A stretch of DNA of 64,000 nt, taken from contig NZ_JMCB01000001.1 of the NCBI RefSeq assembly GCF_000737315.1, positions 372,001-436,000 of the forward strand, read 5' to 3'. Shown here in pieces: positions 39,045-49,966 of this stretch. A program made the translations under genes and the position numbers. Each line of letters opens with the position of its first letter. Position 1 is the stretch's first letter. The stretch is from Hyalangium minutum (lineage in GTDB: Bacteria; Myxococcota; Myxococcia; Myxococcales; Myxococcaceae). The notes under the pieces are model-generated. The model was not told the DNA's origin, ran no database searches, and saw only the letters and a list, made by a program, of their open reading frames with translations.

Positions 39045-39838
39045 GTGGCGGTAACAAAGGTTGGGTGTACCTGGTGGGCGCGGGACCTGGAGATCCAGGC
39101 CTGCTGACGCTCCGGGCGGCGAGCCTGCTCGCCAGCGCGGACACCGTGGTGCATGACCGGCTCATCCACCCGGGAGTGCTGGAGCACGCGCGTCCCCACG
39201 CCCGCCTCATCTACGTGGGCAAGGAGGGTGGCGGAGACTCCGTACGGCAGGAGGACATCCACACCCTGCTCGTCCAGCAGGCGAGGCTGGGCCGAGCCGT
39301 GGTGCGGCTCAAGGGCGGCGACCCGTTCGTCTTCGGCCGAGGCGGCGAGGAGGCCCTCGCGCTCGAGGAGGCGGGCGTTCCGTACGAGGTGGTGCCGGGT
39401 GTCTCTAGCATCTCGGCCGTGCCCGCGGCGGCCGCCATCCCCATCACCCACCGGGGCCTGTCGGGGACGGTGACGTTCGCCACCGCGCACCTCGCGCATG
39501 AGACGCCGGACTGGGAGCACCTGGCCCGTTCGGAGACGTTGGTCCTCTTCATGGCGGGCCGGAAGCTGGAGGAGGCGACGCACGCGCTCATCAGCGCGGG
39601 GATGTCTCCGGGCACGCTCGCCGCCGCCGTGGAAGCTGGCACTTGGGAACACCAGCGCGTCGTCGAGGGAACGGCGGCCACCATTGCCTCGCGCGTGAGG
39701 GAGGCCGAGCTGGGCTCTCCCACGCTCCTCATCCTGGGCGCGGTGGTGTCGCTGCGCTCGCAGCTCACCTCGCTGGTGGCGAATACAGAAGCCGCGGGGC
39801 GCTCGCAGCCCCGCGTGGCGGAGGCTGGTCATGAGTGA
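39041..39838 (+). CDS. cobA: Uroporphyrinogen-III C-methyltransferase
   Basis: [37 protein letters not shown]. Confidence 0.92.
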   Translation: MSGGNKGWVYLVGAGPGDPGLLTLRAASLLASADTVVHDRLIHPGVLEHARPHARLIYVGKEGGGDSVRQEDIHTLLVQQARLGRAVVRLKGGDPFVFGRGGEEALALEEAGVPYEVVPGVSSISAVPAAAAIPITHRGLSGTVTFATAHLAHETPDWEHLARSETLVLFMAGRKLEEATHALISAGMSPGTLAAAVEAGTWEHQRVVEGTAATIASRVREAELGSPTLLILGAVVSLRSQLTSLVANTEAAGRSQPRVAEAGHE

Positions 39839-40748
39839 GTCCACGTCCGCACGGCTGTCACACCTGTCGGTGCTCGAGGCGGAGAGCATCCACATCCTCC
39901 GCGAGACGGTGGCGGAGTTCGCCAACCCGGTGATGCTCTACAGCATCGGCAAGGACTCGCAGGTGCTGCTGCACCTGGCGCGCAAGGCCTTCCACCCGGC
40001 GCCCCTGCCCTTCCCGCTGCTCCACGTGGACACCACCTGGAAGTTCCGGGACATGTACACGTTCCGCGACCGGTTCACCGCGCAGCACGGGTTCCGGTTG
40101 CTGGTGCACACGAACCGCAAGGCGCTGGCCGAAGGCATGAACCCCTTCGACCACACCAGCCAGAAGTACACGCACGCGATGAAGACGCAGGCGCTGCTGG
40201 AGGCCCTGGCGATGCACGGCTTCGACGCGGCGTTCGGCGGAGCGCGGCGCGACGAGGAGAAGTCCCGCGCCAAGGAGCGGGTGTTCTCGTTCCGGGATCG
40301 CCACGGGCAGTGGGAGCCGCGGCGCCAGCGGCCCGAGCTGTGGAACCTCTACAACGGCCGCATCGACACGGGCGAGAGCATGCGCGTCTTCCCGCTCTCC
40401 AACTGGACCGAGCTGGACGTGTGGCACTACATCCTCAAGGAGAAGATCCCCGTGGTGCCCCTGTACTTCGCCGCCGAGCGTCCGGTGGTGGAGCGCAGCG
40501 GCAACCTCATCATGGTGGATGACGAGCGCATGCGGCTGAAGCCGGGCGAGAAGCCCGTGCTCAAGCGCGTACGGTTCCGGACGCTGGGCTGCTACCCGCT
40601 CAGCGGCGCCATCGAGTCCTCGGCCACCACGGTCGAGTCCGTCATCCACGAGATGGTCACCGCCCGCCACTCCGAGCGCCAGGGCCGGCTCATCGACCAC
40701 GACGAAGAGGGCTCCATGGAGCTCAAGAAGCGCGAGGGCTACTTCTAA
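39831..40748 (+). CDS. cysD: Sulfate adenylyltransferase subunit 2
   Basis: [36 protein letters not shown]. Confidence 0.95.
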   Translation: MSESTSARLSHLSVLEAESIHILRETVAEFANPVMLYSIGKDSQVLLHLARKAFHPAPLPFPLLHVDTTWKFRDMYTFRDRFTAQHGFRLLVHTNRKALAEGMNPFDHTSQKYTHAMKTQALLEALAMHGFDAAFGGARRDEEKSRAKERVFSFRDRHGQWEPRRQRPELWNLYNGRIDTGESMRVFPLSNWTELDVWHYILKEKIPVVPLYFAAERPVVERSGNLIMVDDERMRLKPGEKPVLKRVRFRTLGCYPLSGAIESSATTVESVIHEMVTARHSERQGRLIDHDEEGSMELKKREGYF

Positions 40749-42490
40749 TGGACACCTCACTCCAAGCGCCCGTCACGGACATCCAGCAGTTCCTGGTCGA
40801 CCACGCGAACAAGGAACTGCTGCGGCTGGTGGTGGTGGGCTCCGTGGACGACGGAAAGTCCACGCTCATCGGCCGGCTCCTCTACGAGTGCGACGGCCTG
40901 TTCGAGGATCAGATCTCCGCCGTGAAGCGCGCCACCGCCAAGCGCGTGGCGGCCAACGAGGGCGCCACGCCCACCACCGAGCTGCTGGCCCGAGGGCTTC
41001 AGGCGGCGGCCTCGGCGGCGCTGCCTCAGGAGGAGGAGATCGACTTCTCGCTCTTCACGGACGGCCTGCGCGCCGAGCGCGAGCAGGGCATCACGATTGA
41101 CGTGGCGTACCGGTACTTCTCCACGGCCAAGCGGAAGATCATCGTCGCGGACACTCCGGGACACATCCAGTACACGCGCAACATGGCCACCGGCGCCTCC
41201 ACGGCGGACGCGGCGGTCATCCTCGTGGACGCGCGCCTGGGCGTGCTGCCGCAGACGCGGCGCCATGCGTACATCGCCTCGCTGCTGGGCATCCCCTACC
41301 TGGCCGTCGCGGTGAACAAGATGGACTTGATGGGATTTGACCGGGCGCTCTTCGAGCGCATCGGCAGCGAGCTGGCCGGGTTCGCGAAGTCGCTCGGGTT
41401 CACCCAGGTGAAGCTGTTCCCCGTCAGCGCGAGCAAGGGCGACAACGTCACGCGCCCGAGCACCCGCACGCCGTGGCACGAGGGCGGCACGCTCCTGGGC
41501 TGGCTGGAGTCCCTGCCCCACCAGCGCCACCAGGACGAGGCTCCGTTCCGCTTCCCCGTGCAGTACGTGCTGCGCCCGCACCTGGACTACCGCGGGTTCG
41601 CCGGGCAGATCGCCTCGGGCACCGTGCGCGTGGGCGACGAGGTGGTGGTGCTGCCCTCGCAGCGCCGCACGCGGGTGACGGCCATCGACACCTTCGAGGG
41701 CGAGCTCCCGGCGCAGAGCGCGCCGTTCTCCGTCACGCTGCGGCTGGCGGATGAGGTGGACATCAGCCGCGGGGATGTCATCGCCCACGTGGCCGAGCCA
41801 CCTCAGGCGCTGAGCCGGCTGGACGCCATGCTGGTGTGGTTCGGCGAGCAGCCGCTGGATGGCTCCCGCCGTTACCTGGTGAAGAACTCCACGCGCACGG
41901 TGCCGGCCACGCTGGAGCAGATCCTCTGGCGCAAGGACCTGGAGAACCTCACCGAGGTCCCCGCGGATACGCTGTCGCTCAATGACATCGGCAAGGTGCG
42001 GCTCGCGGCCAAGCGCCCGCTGCTCTGCGATCCCTACCAGGACAACCGGAGCACTGGCGCCTTCATCGTCATCGACGCGCTCACCCACGACACGGTGGCA
42101 GCGGGGATGATCCTCGGACCCGCGAGCGATGGGGACAAGGCGGCACGCACCCTCATCAGCGCGCAGGAGCGGCGCGAGCGGCTCGGCCAGAAGGGCGAGG
42201 TCATCCTCCTGCCGGATTCCCCCGAGGCCGAGCAGCGGGCGTACCAACTGGAGCGCCACCTGTTCGATCAGGGGCGGCATGTCTCGGTCGTCCGGGGTGA
42301 CACAGAGGTGGCGTTGGCGCTGGCGGAGGCAGGGCTCATCGTCCTCCTGCACACCGTCGCGCCGCAGGCCCGGCGCGCGCTCCGCAACCAACTCCGTGAC
42401 GCGGGGCTGGGCGGAGGCGAGTTGGAGGCCACGGAGAATCTGGACGGATGGGTACGCCAGGTCCTAGCGGCTCAGGAGTCGAAGTCATGA
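40748..42490 (+). CDS. cysN: Sulfate adenylyltransferase subunit 1 with degenerate APS-kinase tail
   Basis: GSVDDGKSTLIGRL, EREQGITIDVAYRYF, DTPGH, NKMD, FRFPVQ, TGAFIVID. Confidence 0.93.
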   Translation: MDTSLQAPVTDIQQFLVDHANKELLRLVVVGSVDDGKSTLIGRLLYECDGLFEDQISAVKRATAKRVAANEGATPTTELLARGLQAAASAALPQEEEIDFSLFTDGLRAEREQGITIDVAYRYFSTAKRKIIVADTPGHIQYTRNMATGASTADAAVILVDARLGVLPQTRRHAYIASLLGIPYLAVAVNKMDLMGFDRALFERIGSELAGFAKSLGFTQVKLFPVSASKGDNVTRPSTRTPWHEGGTLLGWLESLPHQRHQDEAPFRFPVQYVLRPHLDYRGFAGQIASGTVRVGDEVVVLPSQRRTRVTAIDTFEGELPAQSAPFSVTLRLADEVDISRGDVIAHVAEPPQALSRLDAMLVWFGEQPLDGSRRYLVKNSTRTVPATLEQILWRKDLENLTEVPADTLSLNDIGKVRLAAKRPLLCDPYQDNRSTGAFIVIDALTHDTVAAGMILGPASDGDKAARTLISAQERRERLGQKGEVILLPDSPEAEQRAYQLERHLFDQGRHVSVVRGDTEVALALAEAGLIVLLHTVAPQARRALRNQLRDAGLGGGELEATENLDGWVRQVLAAQESKS

Positions 42491-44346
42491 GCTCGCTGCC
42501 CGCCAAGGGAGCGGGACGGCCTACAGGAGCACTGCCGATGGTCTCACCCTACGTGAGCGCCATGCTGGGCGAGGAGCGGAGCGCCCTTCTCCAGCGCGTG
42601 GTGGAGGGTCTGCCGTCCGAGACGCTCCACTGGCTGAGCGGCTACTTCGCCGGCCTCGCCACGCAGCGCGGCCCCGTTCAGGAGCAGGCGCCCGCGCCCA
42701 CGCCCGTGGTCCAGGCCGTGCCGGAGGCGTGGCTCACCATCATCTATGGCACGCAGACCAACAACAGCCGCATGCTGGCCGAGCGCCTCAAGCACCAGGC
42801 AGAGGCCTCGGGCCTCTCGGTGCGCCTGTACCGCGCGTCGGACTACCCGGTCCGGGAGATCGCGAAGGAGCGGCTGCTCTACATCGTCATCAGCACCCAG
42901 GGTGATGGAGATCCGCCGGATGACTCGCGCGGCTTCGTCGAGTTCCTCCTGAGCAAGAAGGCTCCCAAGCTGGAGCAACTGCGCTTCTCGGTGCTGGGCC
43001 TGGGCGATTCGAGCTATCCCAAGTACTGCGAGATCGGGAAGATCCTCGACACGCGGCTGGCCCAGCTGGGAGCCACCCGGCTGCTGAATCGCGCGGACTG
43101 CGATGTCGACTTCGAGCCTGTCGCCCAGGGCTGGCTCGATCAAGCTGTGGGCAAGGCCACGGAGGAGCTTGCGCCCAAGACGGCCACCGCGGTCGTCACG
43201 CCGCTGCGCACGGCCCCTCCCGCGCCAAAGCACGGCAAGGAGGCTCCCGTCACGGCGGAGATCCTCGTCAACCAGCGCCTGACCGGGCGCGGTGCGAACA
43301 AGGACGTGCGGCACATTGAGCTGTCGCTCGGGGACTCGGGCTTGGCGTACGAGCCCGGAGATTCGCTCGGCGTGTGGCCACGGAACGCTCCGGAGCTCGT
43401 GGCTGACTTCGTGTCCCTGCTCAAGGTCAACGGAGAGACAGAGGTCACCCGGGACGGCCGCGCCCTGCCCCTGCAGCAGTGGCTGACCGAGGAGCTGGAG
43501 CTGACCAAGGTGAGTAAGCCCTTCCTGGAGCGCCATGCCGCGCTCTCCGGGAGCACGGACCTCCAGCGCCTGCTCGCCCCTGAGGGGGCAGAGGCCTTCC
43601 GTGCGCTGCTCAAAACCCACCAGATCATCGACCTGCTGCGGCTGTGGCCCGCGCCATGGACGGCGGAGGAGCTGGTCCGCGCGCTGCGCAAGCTGGCACC
43701 TCGGAGCTACTCCATCGCTTCCAGCCAGAAGCGGGTCGGCACCGAGGCCCACCTGACGGTGGCGGTGGTGGACTACGTCGCCTTCGGGGCCCGCCACACG
43801 GGCACGGCCTCCTACTTCCTGGCCACGCGCACGGGAGACGAGGAGCGCGTGCGCGTCTTCGTCGAGCCGAACGATCGCTTCCGCCTGCCGCGCGACTCTG
43901 CCCGGGACGTCATCATGATCGGCCCTGGAACAGGGGTGGCCCCCTTCCGCGCCTTCGTACAGGAGCGCGCCGAGACGGGCGCGAAGGGCCGCAACTGGCT
44001 CTTCTTCGGTGAGCAGCACTTCCGCTCGCAGTTCCTCTACCAGACGGAGTGGCAGGAGGCGCTGAAGAAGGGCGAGCTGCACCGCATCTCCCTCGCCTTC
44101 TCGCGAGACCAGGTGGAGAAGATCTACGTGCAGCAGCGCCTGCGCGAGGCGGGCAAGGACCTCTACGCGTGGCTGGAGGGCGGCGCACACCTCTACGTGT
44201 GCGGCGATGCCCAGCGGATGGCGCCGGACGTCCACGAGGCCCTCATCGACATCGCCACCACCCACGGAGGCCGGAGCCGCGAGGACGCGGAGTCCTGGCT
44301 GTCCACCCTGCGCGACGAACAGCGCTACCAGCGCGACGTCTACTGA
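42487..44346 (+). CDS. cysJ: Sulfite reductase flavoprotein
   Basis: [53 protein letters not shown]. Confidence 0.93.
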   Translation: MSSLPAKGAGRPTGALPMVSPYVSAMLGEERSALLQRVVEGLPSETLHWLSGYFAGLATQRGPVQEQAPAPTPVVQAVPEAWLTIIYGTQTNNSRMLAERLKHQAEASGLSVRLYRASDYPVREIAKERLLYIVISTQGDGDPPDDSRGFVEFLLSKKAPKLEQLRFSVLGLGDSSYPKYCEIGKILDTRLAQLGATRLLNRADCDVDFEPVAQGWLDQAVGKATEELAPKTATAVVTPLRTAPPAPKHGKEAPVTAEILVNQRLTGRGANKDVRHIELSLGDSGLAYEPGDSLGVWPRNAPELVADFVSLLKVNGETEVTRDGRALPLQQWLTEELELTKVSKPFLERHAALSGSTDLQRLLAPEGAEAFRALLKTHQIIDLLRLWPAPWTAEELVRALRKLAPRSYSIASSQKRVGTEAHLTVAVVDYVAFGARHTGTASYFLATRTGDEERVRVFVEPNDRFRLPRDSARDVIMIGPGTGVAPFRAFVQERAETGAKGRNWLFFGEQHFRSQFLYQTEWQEALKKGELHRISLAFSRDQVEKIYVQQRLREAGKDLYAWLEGGAHLYVCGDAQRMAPDVHEALIDIATTHGGRSREDAESWLSTLRDEQRYQRDVY

Positions 44347-44360
44347 TTCGGAGCATCGCC

Positions 44361-46076
44361 ATGAGCACCCCCACCAAGCCCCCAGCGCTCTCGGAGGCGG
44401 AGCAGATCAAGGCCAAGAGCCGCCGCCTGCGTGGCACCCTCGTCGAGAGCCTCGCCGATCCCGTGACGGGAGGGCTCGCTCCCGCGGACCAGAACCTCAT
44501 CAAGTTCCACGGCAGCTACCAGCAGGACAACCGGGACGTGCGCGAGGAGCGGCGGCAGCAGAAGCTCGAGCCGGCCTACGACTTCATGATCCGCACCCGC
44601 CTGCCCGGCGGCGTGGCGACCCCGGCACAGTGGCTCGCGCTGGATGCGCTCGCGCAGAAGTACGCCAACGGGACGCTGCGGCTCACCACCCGGCAGGCCT
44701 TCCAGCTCCACGGCGTCATCAAGACGGACCTGAAGCGCACCATGCAGGGGATCAACGCAGCGCTCCTGGACACCATCGCAGCCTGCGGAGACGTGAACCG
44801 CAACGTGATGTGCAATCCCAACCCCGTGGACTCGCGCGTCCACGAGGAGGCGCACCAGTGGGCGGTGAAGCTGTCCGAGCACCTGCTGCCGAAGACCCGG
44901 GCCTATTACGAGGTCTGGCTCGACAAGGAGAAGGTCGCAGGGAGCGGCGAGGAGGAGGAGCCCATCCTCGGCGCCACCTACCTGCCCCGGAAGTTCAAGG
45001 CCGCCATCGCGGTGCCTCCCATCAATGACGTGGACGTCTTCTCGCAAGACCTGGGTTTCATCGCCATCCACGAGGAGGACCGGCTGCTCGGGTTCAACGT
45101 CACCGTCGGCGGAGGCATGGGCGCCACGCACGGGGACGCCGCCACCTTCCCGCGGCTCGCGGACGTCATCGGCTTCATCCTCCCCGAGCAGCTCCTGGCC
45201 GTCGCGGAGAACGTGGTGAAGGTGCAGCGCGACTACGGCGACCGCACCACCCGAAAGCACGCGCGCTTGAAGTACACCATCGAGGATCGCGGCATCGCAT
45301 GGTTCGTCTCCGAGCTGGAGTCGCGGCTGGGCTTCTCACTGCAGCCCACGCGTCCCTTCACCTTCGAGCACAACGGCGACCTCTTCGGGTGGCGCGAGGG
45401 CCATGACGGGCGCTGGCACCTGACGCTGCGCCTGGAGAGCGGGCGCGTGGCGGACACCCCGGGGGCGCGGATGCTCACAGGCCTGCGGGAGATCGCCCAG
45501 CTGCACCCCGGAGACTTCCGGCTGACGCCCAACCAGAACCTGATCATCGCCGGCGTGACGCCGGAGTGGAAAGAGGACATCGACTCGCTCGTGGAGGCCC
45601 ACGGTCTGGGGGGCTTCCGCCGCGCGAGCCCGCTGCGCCTCAACGCGCTCGCCTGCGTGGCGCTACCCACGTGCGGCCTGGCCATGGCCGAGGCTGAGCG
45701 CTACCTGCCTGACATCGTCGGAAAGCTGGAGGAGCGCCTCGCGGCGCACGGCCTCCAGGACGAGAAGATCCTCCTGAGAATCACGGGATGTCCCAACGGC
45801 TGCGCACGCCCCTACCTGGCGGAGATCGCGCTCGTGGGCAAAGCCCCCGGCCGCTACAACCTCTTCCTGGGTGGGGACGTGCGCGGACAGCGGCTCAACC
45901 GCCTATACCGGGAGAACATCGACGAAGCGGGCGTCCTCGCGGCGCTCGAGCCGCTGTTCTCCCAGTACGCGCGGGAGCGCCGTCCCGGCGAGGGCTTCGG
46001 TGACTTCACCGTCCGCGCCGGCCACGTCTCGTCTCCTCCTGCTTCCCCACCCCTTGCTGCTGCTGCCTCGAGGTAG
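44361..46076 (+). CDS. cysI: Sulfite reductase hemoprotein
   Basis: [33 protein letters not shown]. Confidence 0.93.
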   Translation: MSTPTKPPALSEAEQIKAKSRRLRGTLVESLADPVTGGLAPADQNLIKFHGSYQQDNRDVREERRQQKLEPAYDFMIRTRLPGGVATPAQWLALDALAQKYANGTLRLTTRQAFQLHGVIKTDLKRTMQGINAALLDTIAACGDVNRNVMCNPNPVDSRVHEEAHQWAVKLSEHLLPKTRAYYEVWLDKEKVAGSGEEEEPILGATYLPRKFKAAIAVPPINDVDVFSQDLGFIAIHEEDRLLGFNVTVGGGMGATHGDAATFPRLADVIGFILPEQLLAVAENVVKVQRDYGDRTTRKHARLKYTIEDRGIAWFVSELESRLGFSLQPTRPFTFEHNGDLFGWREGHDGRWHLTLRLESGRVADTPGARMLTGLREIAQLHPGDFRLTPNQNLIIAGVTPEWKEDIDSLVEAHGLGGFRRASPLRLNALACVALPTCGLAMAEAERYLPDIVGKLEERLAAHGLQDEKILLRITGCPNGCARPYLAEIALVGKAPGRYNLFLGGDVRGQRLNRLYRENIDEAGVLAALEPLFSQYARERRPGEGFGDFTVRAGHVSSPPASPPLAAAASR

Positions 46077-46079
46077 CCC

Positions 46080-47150
46080 ATGTCTTCCGTTCCCTCTGTG
46101 AACCGTTCCATCTCCTGGATGCTGAGCTCCGCCGCGGTGCTCCTGCTCCCCGGCCTCCTGGCGTCGCTGAGTGCGTGCACGAAACCGGGCCCGGCGGGTG
46201 CCGAGCCCGTGACGCTGCTCAACGTCTCCTATGATCCGACGCGGGAGCTCTACGAGGACTTCAACACCACCTTCGCGAAGCACTACGAGGCCACCCACGA
46301 CGGTGCGAAGATCTCCGTGAAGCAGTCCCACGGCGGCTCCGGCAAGCAGGCGCGCGCGGTGATCGACGGGCTGGACGCGGACATCGTCACGCTGGCGCTC
46401 GCGTACGACGTGGACATGCTCCACGACAAGGGCAACCTCATCCCAAAGGACTGGCAGGCGCGGCTGCCGAACAACAGCTCGCCGTACACCTCCACCATCG
46501 TCTTCGTGGTGCGCAAGGGCAACCCGAAGAACATCCGCGACTGGGAGGACCTCGTGCAGCCGGGCGTGGCCGTCATCACCCCCAATCCGAAGACCTCGGG
46601 TGGCGCGCGGTGGAACTACCTGGCCGCCTGGGGCCACGCGCTGCGCAAGGCCGGCAATGACGAGGCCAAGGCGCAGGAGTTCGTGGCGGCCCTCTTCAAG
46701 AACGTGCCCGTGCTGGACTCGGGCGCCCGGGGCTCCACCACCACGTTCGCCGAGCGCGGCCTGGGGGATGTACTCATCGCATGGGAGAACGAGGCGCTCC
46801 TGCTGACCGACGAGGTGGGCAAGGACAAGTTCGAGATCATCGTGCCCTCGGACAGCATCCTCGCCGAGCCGCCCGTCACGATCGTGGACAAGAACGTAGA
46901 CAGGAAGGGCACGCGGGCCGCGGCGGAGGCGTATCTCCAGTACCTCTACTCCGACGAGGGCCAGGAGCTCGCCGCGAAGCACCACTACCGCCCGCGCTCG
47001 GAGAAGGTGGCCGCGAAGTACGCCAGCCACTTCCCCTCCGTGCGCCTGTTCACCATCGACGAGGTCTTCGGAGGCTGGCGCAAGGCGCAGCAGACGCACT
47101 TCGATGACCGCGGCGTGTTCGACACCATCTACACGCCGAAGGCGCAGTAG
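46080..47150 (+). CDS. sbp: Sulfate ABC transporter substrate-binding protein
   Basis: [36 protein letters not shown]. Confidence 0.93.
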   Translation: MSSVPSVNRSISWMLSSAAVLLLPGLLASLSACTKPGPAGAEPVTLLNVSYDPTRELYEDFNTTFAKHYEATHDGAKISVKQSHGGSGKQARAVIDGLDADIVTLALAYDVDMLHDKGNLIPKDWQARLPNNSSPYTSTIVFVVRKGNPKNIRDWEDLVQPGVAVITPNPKTSGGARWNYLAAWGHALRKAGNDEAKAQEFVAALFKNVPVLDSGARGSTTTFAERGLGDVLIAWENEALLLTDEVGKDKFEIIVPSDSILAEPPVTIVDKNVDRKGTRAAAEAYLQYLYSDEGQELAAKHHYRPRSEKVAAKYASHFPSVRLFTIDEVFGGWRKAQQTHFDDRGVFDTIYTPKAQ

Positions 47151-47159
47151 CCGGACTCC

Positions 47160-48002
47160 TTGGCCATGGCACGACGCGCGCGCCGCATCCTCCCAGGCTT
47201 CGGACTGTCGCTGGGGCTGAGCTGGCTCTACCTGGGCCTGCTCGTGCTGCTGCCGCTGTCCGGGCTCTTCCTCAAGACGTTCACGCTGACGTGGGAGCAC
47301 TTCTGGGAGACGGTGGCTTCCCCGCGCGCGCTCGCTGCCTACCAGCTCACGTTCGGTGCCTCGGTGGTGGCGGCGCTGGCCAATGCCGTCTTCGGCCTGC
47401 TCGTGGCCTGGGTGCTGGTCCGCTACCGCTTCCCGGGCAAGAGCCTCGTGGATGCGCTGGTGGATCTGCCCTTCGCCCTGCCCACCGCCGTCGCGGGCCT
47501 GACGCTGACGAGTCTGTATGCCAGCACTGGCTGGTACGGGCGCTACCTGGAGGCCGCGGGCATCAAGGTGGCGTACTCCTCGATTGGAATCGTGGTGGCG
47601 CTCACCTTCATCGGGCTGCCCTTCGTGGTGCGCACCGTCCAGCCCGTCCTCGAGGAGATCGACGCAGATGTGGAGGAGGCCGCCGCCACGCTTGGGGCGA
47701 CGCCATGGCAGACCTTCACCCGCATCATCTTCCCCAGCATCCTTCCGGCGCTGCTGAGTGGCTTCACGCTGGCGCTCGCACGGGCCATTGGGGAGTACGG
47801 CTCGGTCGTCTTCATCTCCGGCAACATGCCCATGCGTACGGAGATCGTCCCGCTGCTCATCATCACCAAGCTGGAGCAGTACGACTACGCGGGTGCCACG
47901 GCTCTGGCCGTCGTGATGCTGACGGTGTCGTTCGGCCTGCTGCTGGCCATCAACCTGCTCCAGCGCTGGGCCCAGCGCCGGTTCGAAGTCCGGCCGGGAT
48001 AG
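47160..48002 (+). CDS. cysT: Sulfate ABC permease CysT/CysU
   Basis: DLPFALPTAVAG, VVRTVQPVLE, GEYGSVVFISGN. Confidence 0.93.
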   Translation: MAMARRARRILPGFGLSLGLSWLYLGLLVLLPLSGLFLKTFTLTWEHFWETVASPRALAAYQLTFGASVVAALANAVFGLLVAWVLVRYRFPGKSLVDALVDLPFALPTAVAGLTLTSLYASTGWYGRYLEAAGIKVAYSSIGIVVALTFIGLPFVVRTVQPVLEEIDADVEEAAATLGATPWQTFTRIIFPSILPALLSGFTLALARAIGEYGSVVFISGNMPMRTEIVPLLIITKLEQYDYAGATALAVVMLTVSFGLLLAINLLQRWAQRRFEVRPG

Positions 48003-48008
48003 CTTTCC

Positions 48009-48857
48009 ATGCACGTCTCCTCGCTCCCGCTTCAACGCAGGACCCACGCCGCGGCGGGCTCGACGCTCGTGCGCTGGCTGTTGATCGGCGGGGCCCTGCT
48101 CTTCCTGGGCATCTTCCTCGTCGTCCCCTTGGTGGCCGTCTTCACCTATGCCTTCCAGAAGGGCGTGGGGGCCTACCTGGCGGCGCTGGCGGAGCCGGAG
48201 ACTTGGTCCGCCATCCGCCTAACTCTGATGGCTGCGGTGATCGCGGTTCCCGCCAACCTCATCTTTGGCGTGGCCGCCGCGTGGCTCATCGCCCGGTTCC
48301 GGTTCCGTGGGCGGGACCTGCTCGTCACGCTCATCGATCTTCCGTTCAGCGTGTCGCCGGTGATCGCAGGCCTCATCTTCGTGCTGCTCTTCGGGCGGCA
48401 GGGCTGGTTGGGGCCGTGGCTGGCCGAGCATGATCTCCACATCATCTTCGCCGTGCCGGGCATCGTGCTGGCCACGCTCTTCGTGACGTTCCCCTTCGTC
48501 GCTCGCGAGGTGCTTCCGGTGATGCAGGCACAGGGAAGCGACGAGGAGGAGGCGGCCCTCACCCTGGGCGCCAGCGGCTGGTACATGTTCCTGCGCGTGA
48601 CGCTGCCGAAGGTGAAGTGGGGCGTCATCTACGGCGTCATCCTCTGCAACGCGCGGGCGATGGGCGAGTTCGGCGCGGTCTCGGTGGTCTCCGGGCACGT
48701 GCGCGGGGTGACCACCACGCTGCCGCTGCACGCGGAGATCCTCTACAACGAGTACGACTTCGTCGGGGCCTTCGCTGCGGCCTCGCTGCTGACCGTGCTC
48801 GCGCTCATCACCCTGGTCATCAAGAAGTACGTAGAATGGAGGGCGCACGCGCCATGA
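48009..48857 (+). CDS. cysW: Sulfate ABC permease CysW
   Basis: DLPFSVSPVIAG, FPFVAREV, ARAMGEFGAVSVVSG. Confidence 0.93.
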   Translation: MHVSSLPLQRRTHAAAGSTLVRWLLIGGALLFLGIFLVVPLVAVFTYAFQKGVGAYLAALAEPETWSAIRLTLMAAVIAVPANLIFGVAAAWLIARFRFRGRDLLVTLIDLPFSVSPVIAGLIFVLLFGRQGWLGPWLAEHDLHIIFAVPGIVLATLFVTFPFVAREVLPVMQAQGSDEEEAALTLGASGWYMFLRVTLPKVKWGVIYGVILCNARAMGEFGAVSVVSGHVRGVTTTLPLHAEILYNEYDFVGAFAAASLLTVLALITLVIKKYVEWRAHAP

Positions 48858-49930
48858 GCGTCGTCGTCGAGTCGCTGACCAAGCGCTTCACCGCGGGAGG
48901 CACGCCGGCTGTCTCGGACGTGTCGTTCCAAGCGCCAGCCGGGGCCATCACCACCCTGCTGGGCCCTTCAGGGGCGGGCAAGTCCACCATCCTCCGGTTG
49001 ATCGCCGGGCTGGAGCTTCCGGATGCGGGGCGGGTGCTGATCGATGGCGTGGACTGCACGGAGCTGTCCGTGCAGCGGCGCGGCATCGGGGTGGTGTTCC
49101 AGAGCTACGCCCTCTTCAAGCACATGACGGTGCGGGAGAACATCGCGTTCGGGCTGAACGTCCGCAAGCAGTCCCGCTCCGAGACCGAGGCGCGGGTCGA
49201 CGAGATGCTCAAGCTGGTCCAGCTCGAGGAGCTGGGACATCGCTACCCAGGGCAGCTCTCGGGGGGACAGCGACAGCGCGTGGCCTTTGCGCGAGCCCTG
49301 GCGATCCGGCCCAAGCTGCTGCTGCTGGACGAGCCGTTCGGAGCGCTCGACACCCGGGTGCGCGTGGAGCTGCGCGAGTGGCTGCACGAGCTGCATGTGC
49401 AGACCGGCGTGACGACCCTGCTCGTGACGCACGACCAGGAGGAGGCGCTGGAGATCTCCCAGCACGTCGTCATCATGGAGGCGGGCCGGGTTGCCCAGGC
49501 TGGACCGCCCGCGGAGATCTATGACCGTCCCGCGACGCCCTTCGTCGCCTCGTTCGTCGGCGGCACAAGCGTCCTGAGCGGGCACGTCCGTGAGGGCCGG
49601 GCGCACCTGGGCTCGCTCCACGTGGCGGCGCCCGCGACGGCGCGGGAAGGCGAAGCGGTGAGGGTCTTCGTCCGGCCGCACGACATCAAGCTCGTGAAGA
49701 CGGTGGGAGGCAACCACGTCAACGGGGCCAACGGCGCGGTTCCCAGCCGGGTCGAGCGCTTCAAGCCCGTGGGCGGCTACGTGAAGGTGCTGCTCAAGCT
49801 GCCCTCGGGAGACACGGTGGCGGTGGAGGTACCGCGCTCCGAGTTCGATCAGCTCGGAGTCGCGGAGGGTGACTCGGTTCAGGCTGACGTGCGCACGGCC
49901 AGCGTCTTCGTGGGCGACTTCTCGATCTGA
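48854..49930 (+). CDS. cysA: Sulfate ABC ATPase
   Basis: GPSGAGKS, LSGGQRQR, LLLDEPFGALD, C-terminal TOBE-like region. Confidence 0.92.
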   Translation: MSVVVESLTKRFTAGGTPAVSDVSFQAPAGAITTLLGPSGAGKSTILRLIAGLELPDAGRVLIDGVDCTELSVQRRGIGVVFQSYALFKHMTVRENIAFGLNVRKQSRSETEARVDEMLKLVQLEELGHRYPGQLSGGQRQRVAFARALAIRPKLLLLDEPFGALDTRVRVELREWLHELHVQTGVTTLLVTHDQEEALEISQHVVIMEAGRVAQAGPPAEIYDRPATPFVASFVGGTSVLSGHVREGRAHLGSLHVAAPATAREGEAVRVFVRPHDIKLVKTVGGNHVNGANGAVPSRVERFKPVGGYVKVLLKLPSGDTVAVEVPRSEFDQLGVAEGDSVQADVRTASVFVGDFSI

Positions 49931-49966
49931 TCGCCCACGGCCTCGCCGGCCGCGTGGATGCTCCGC

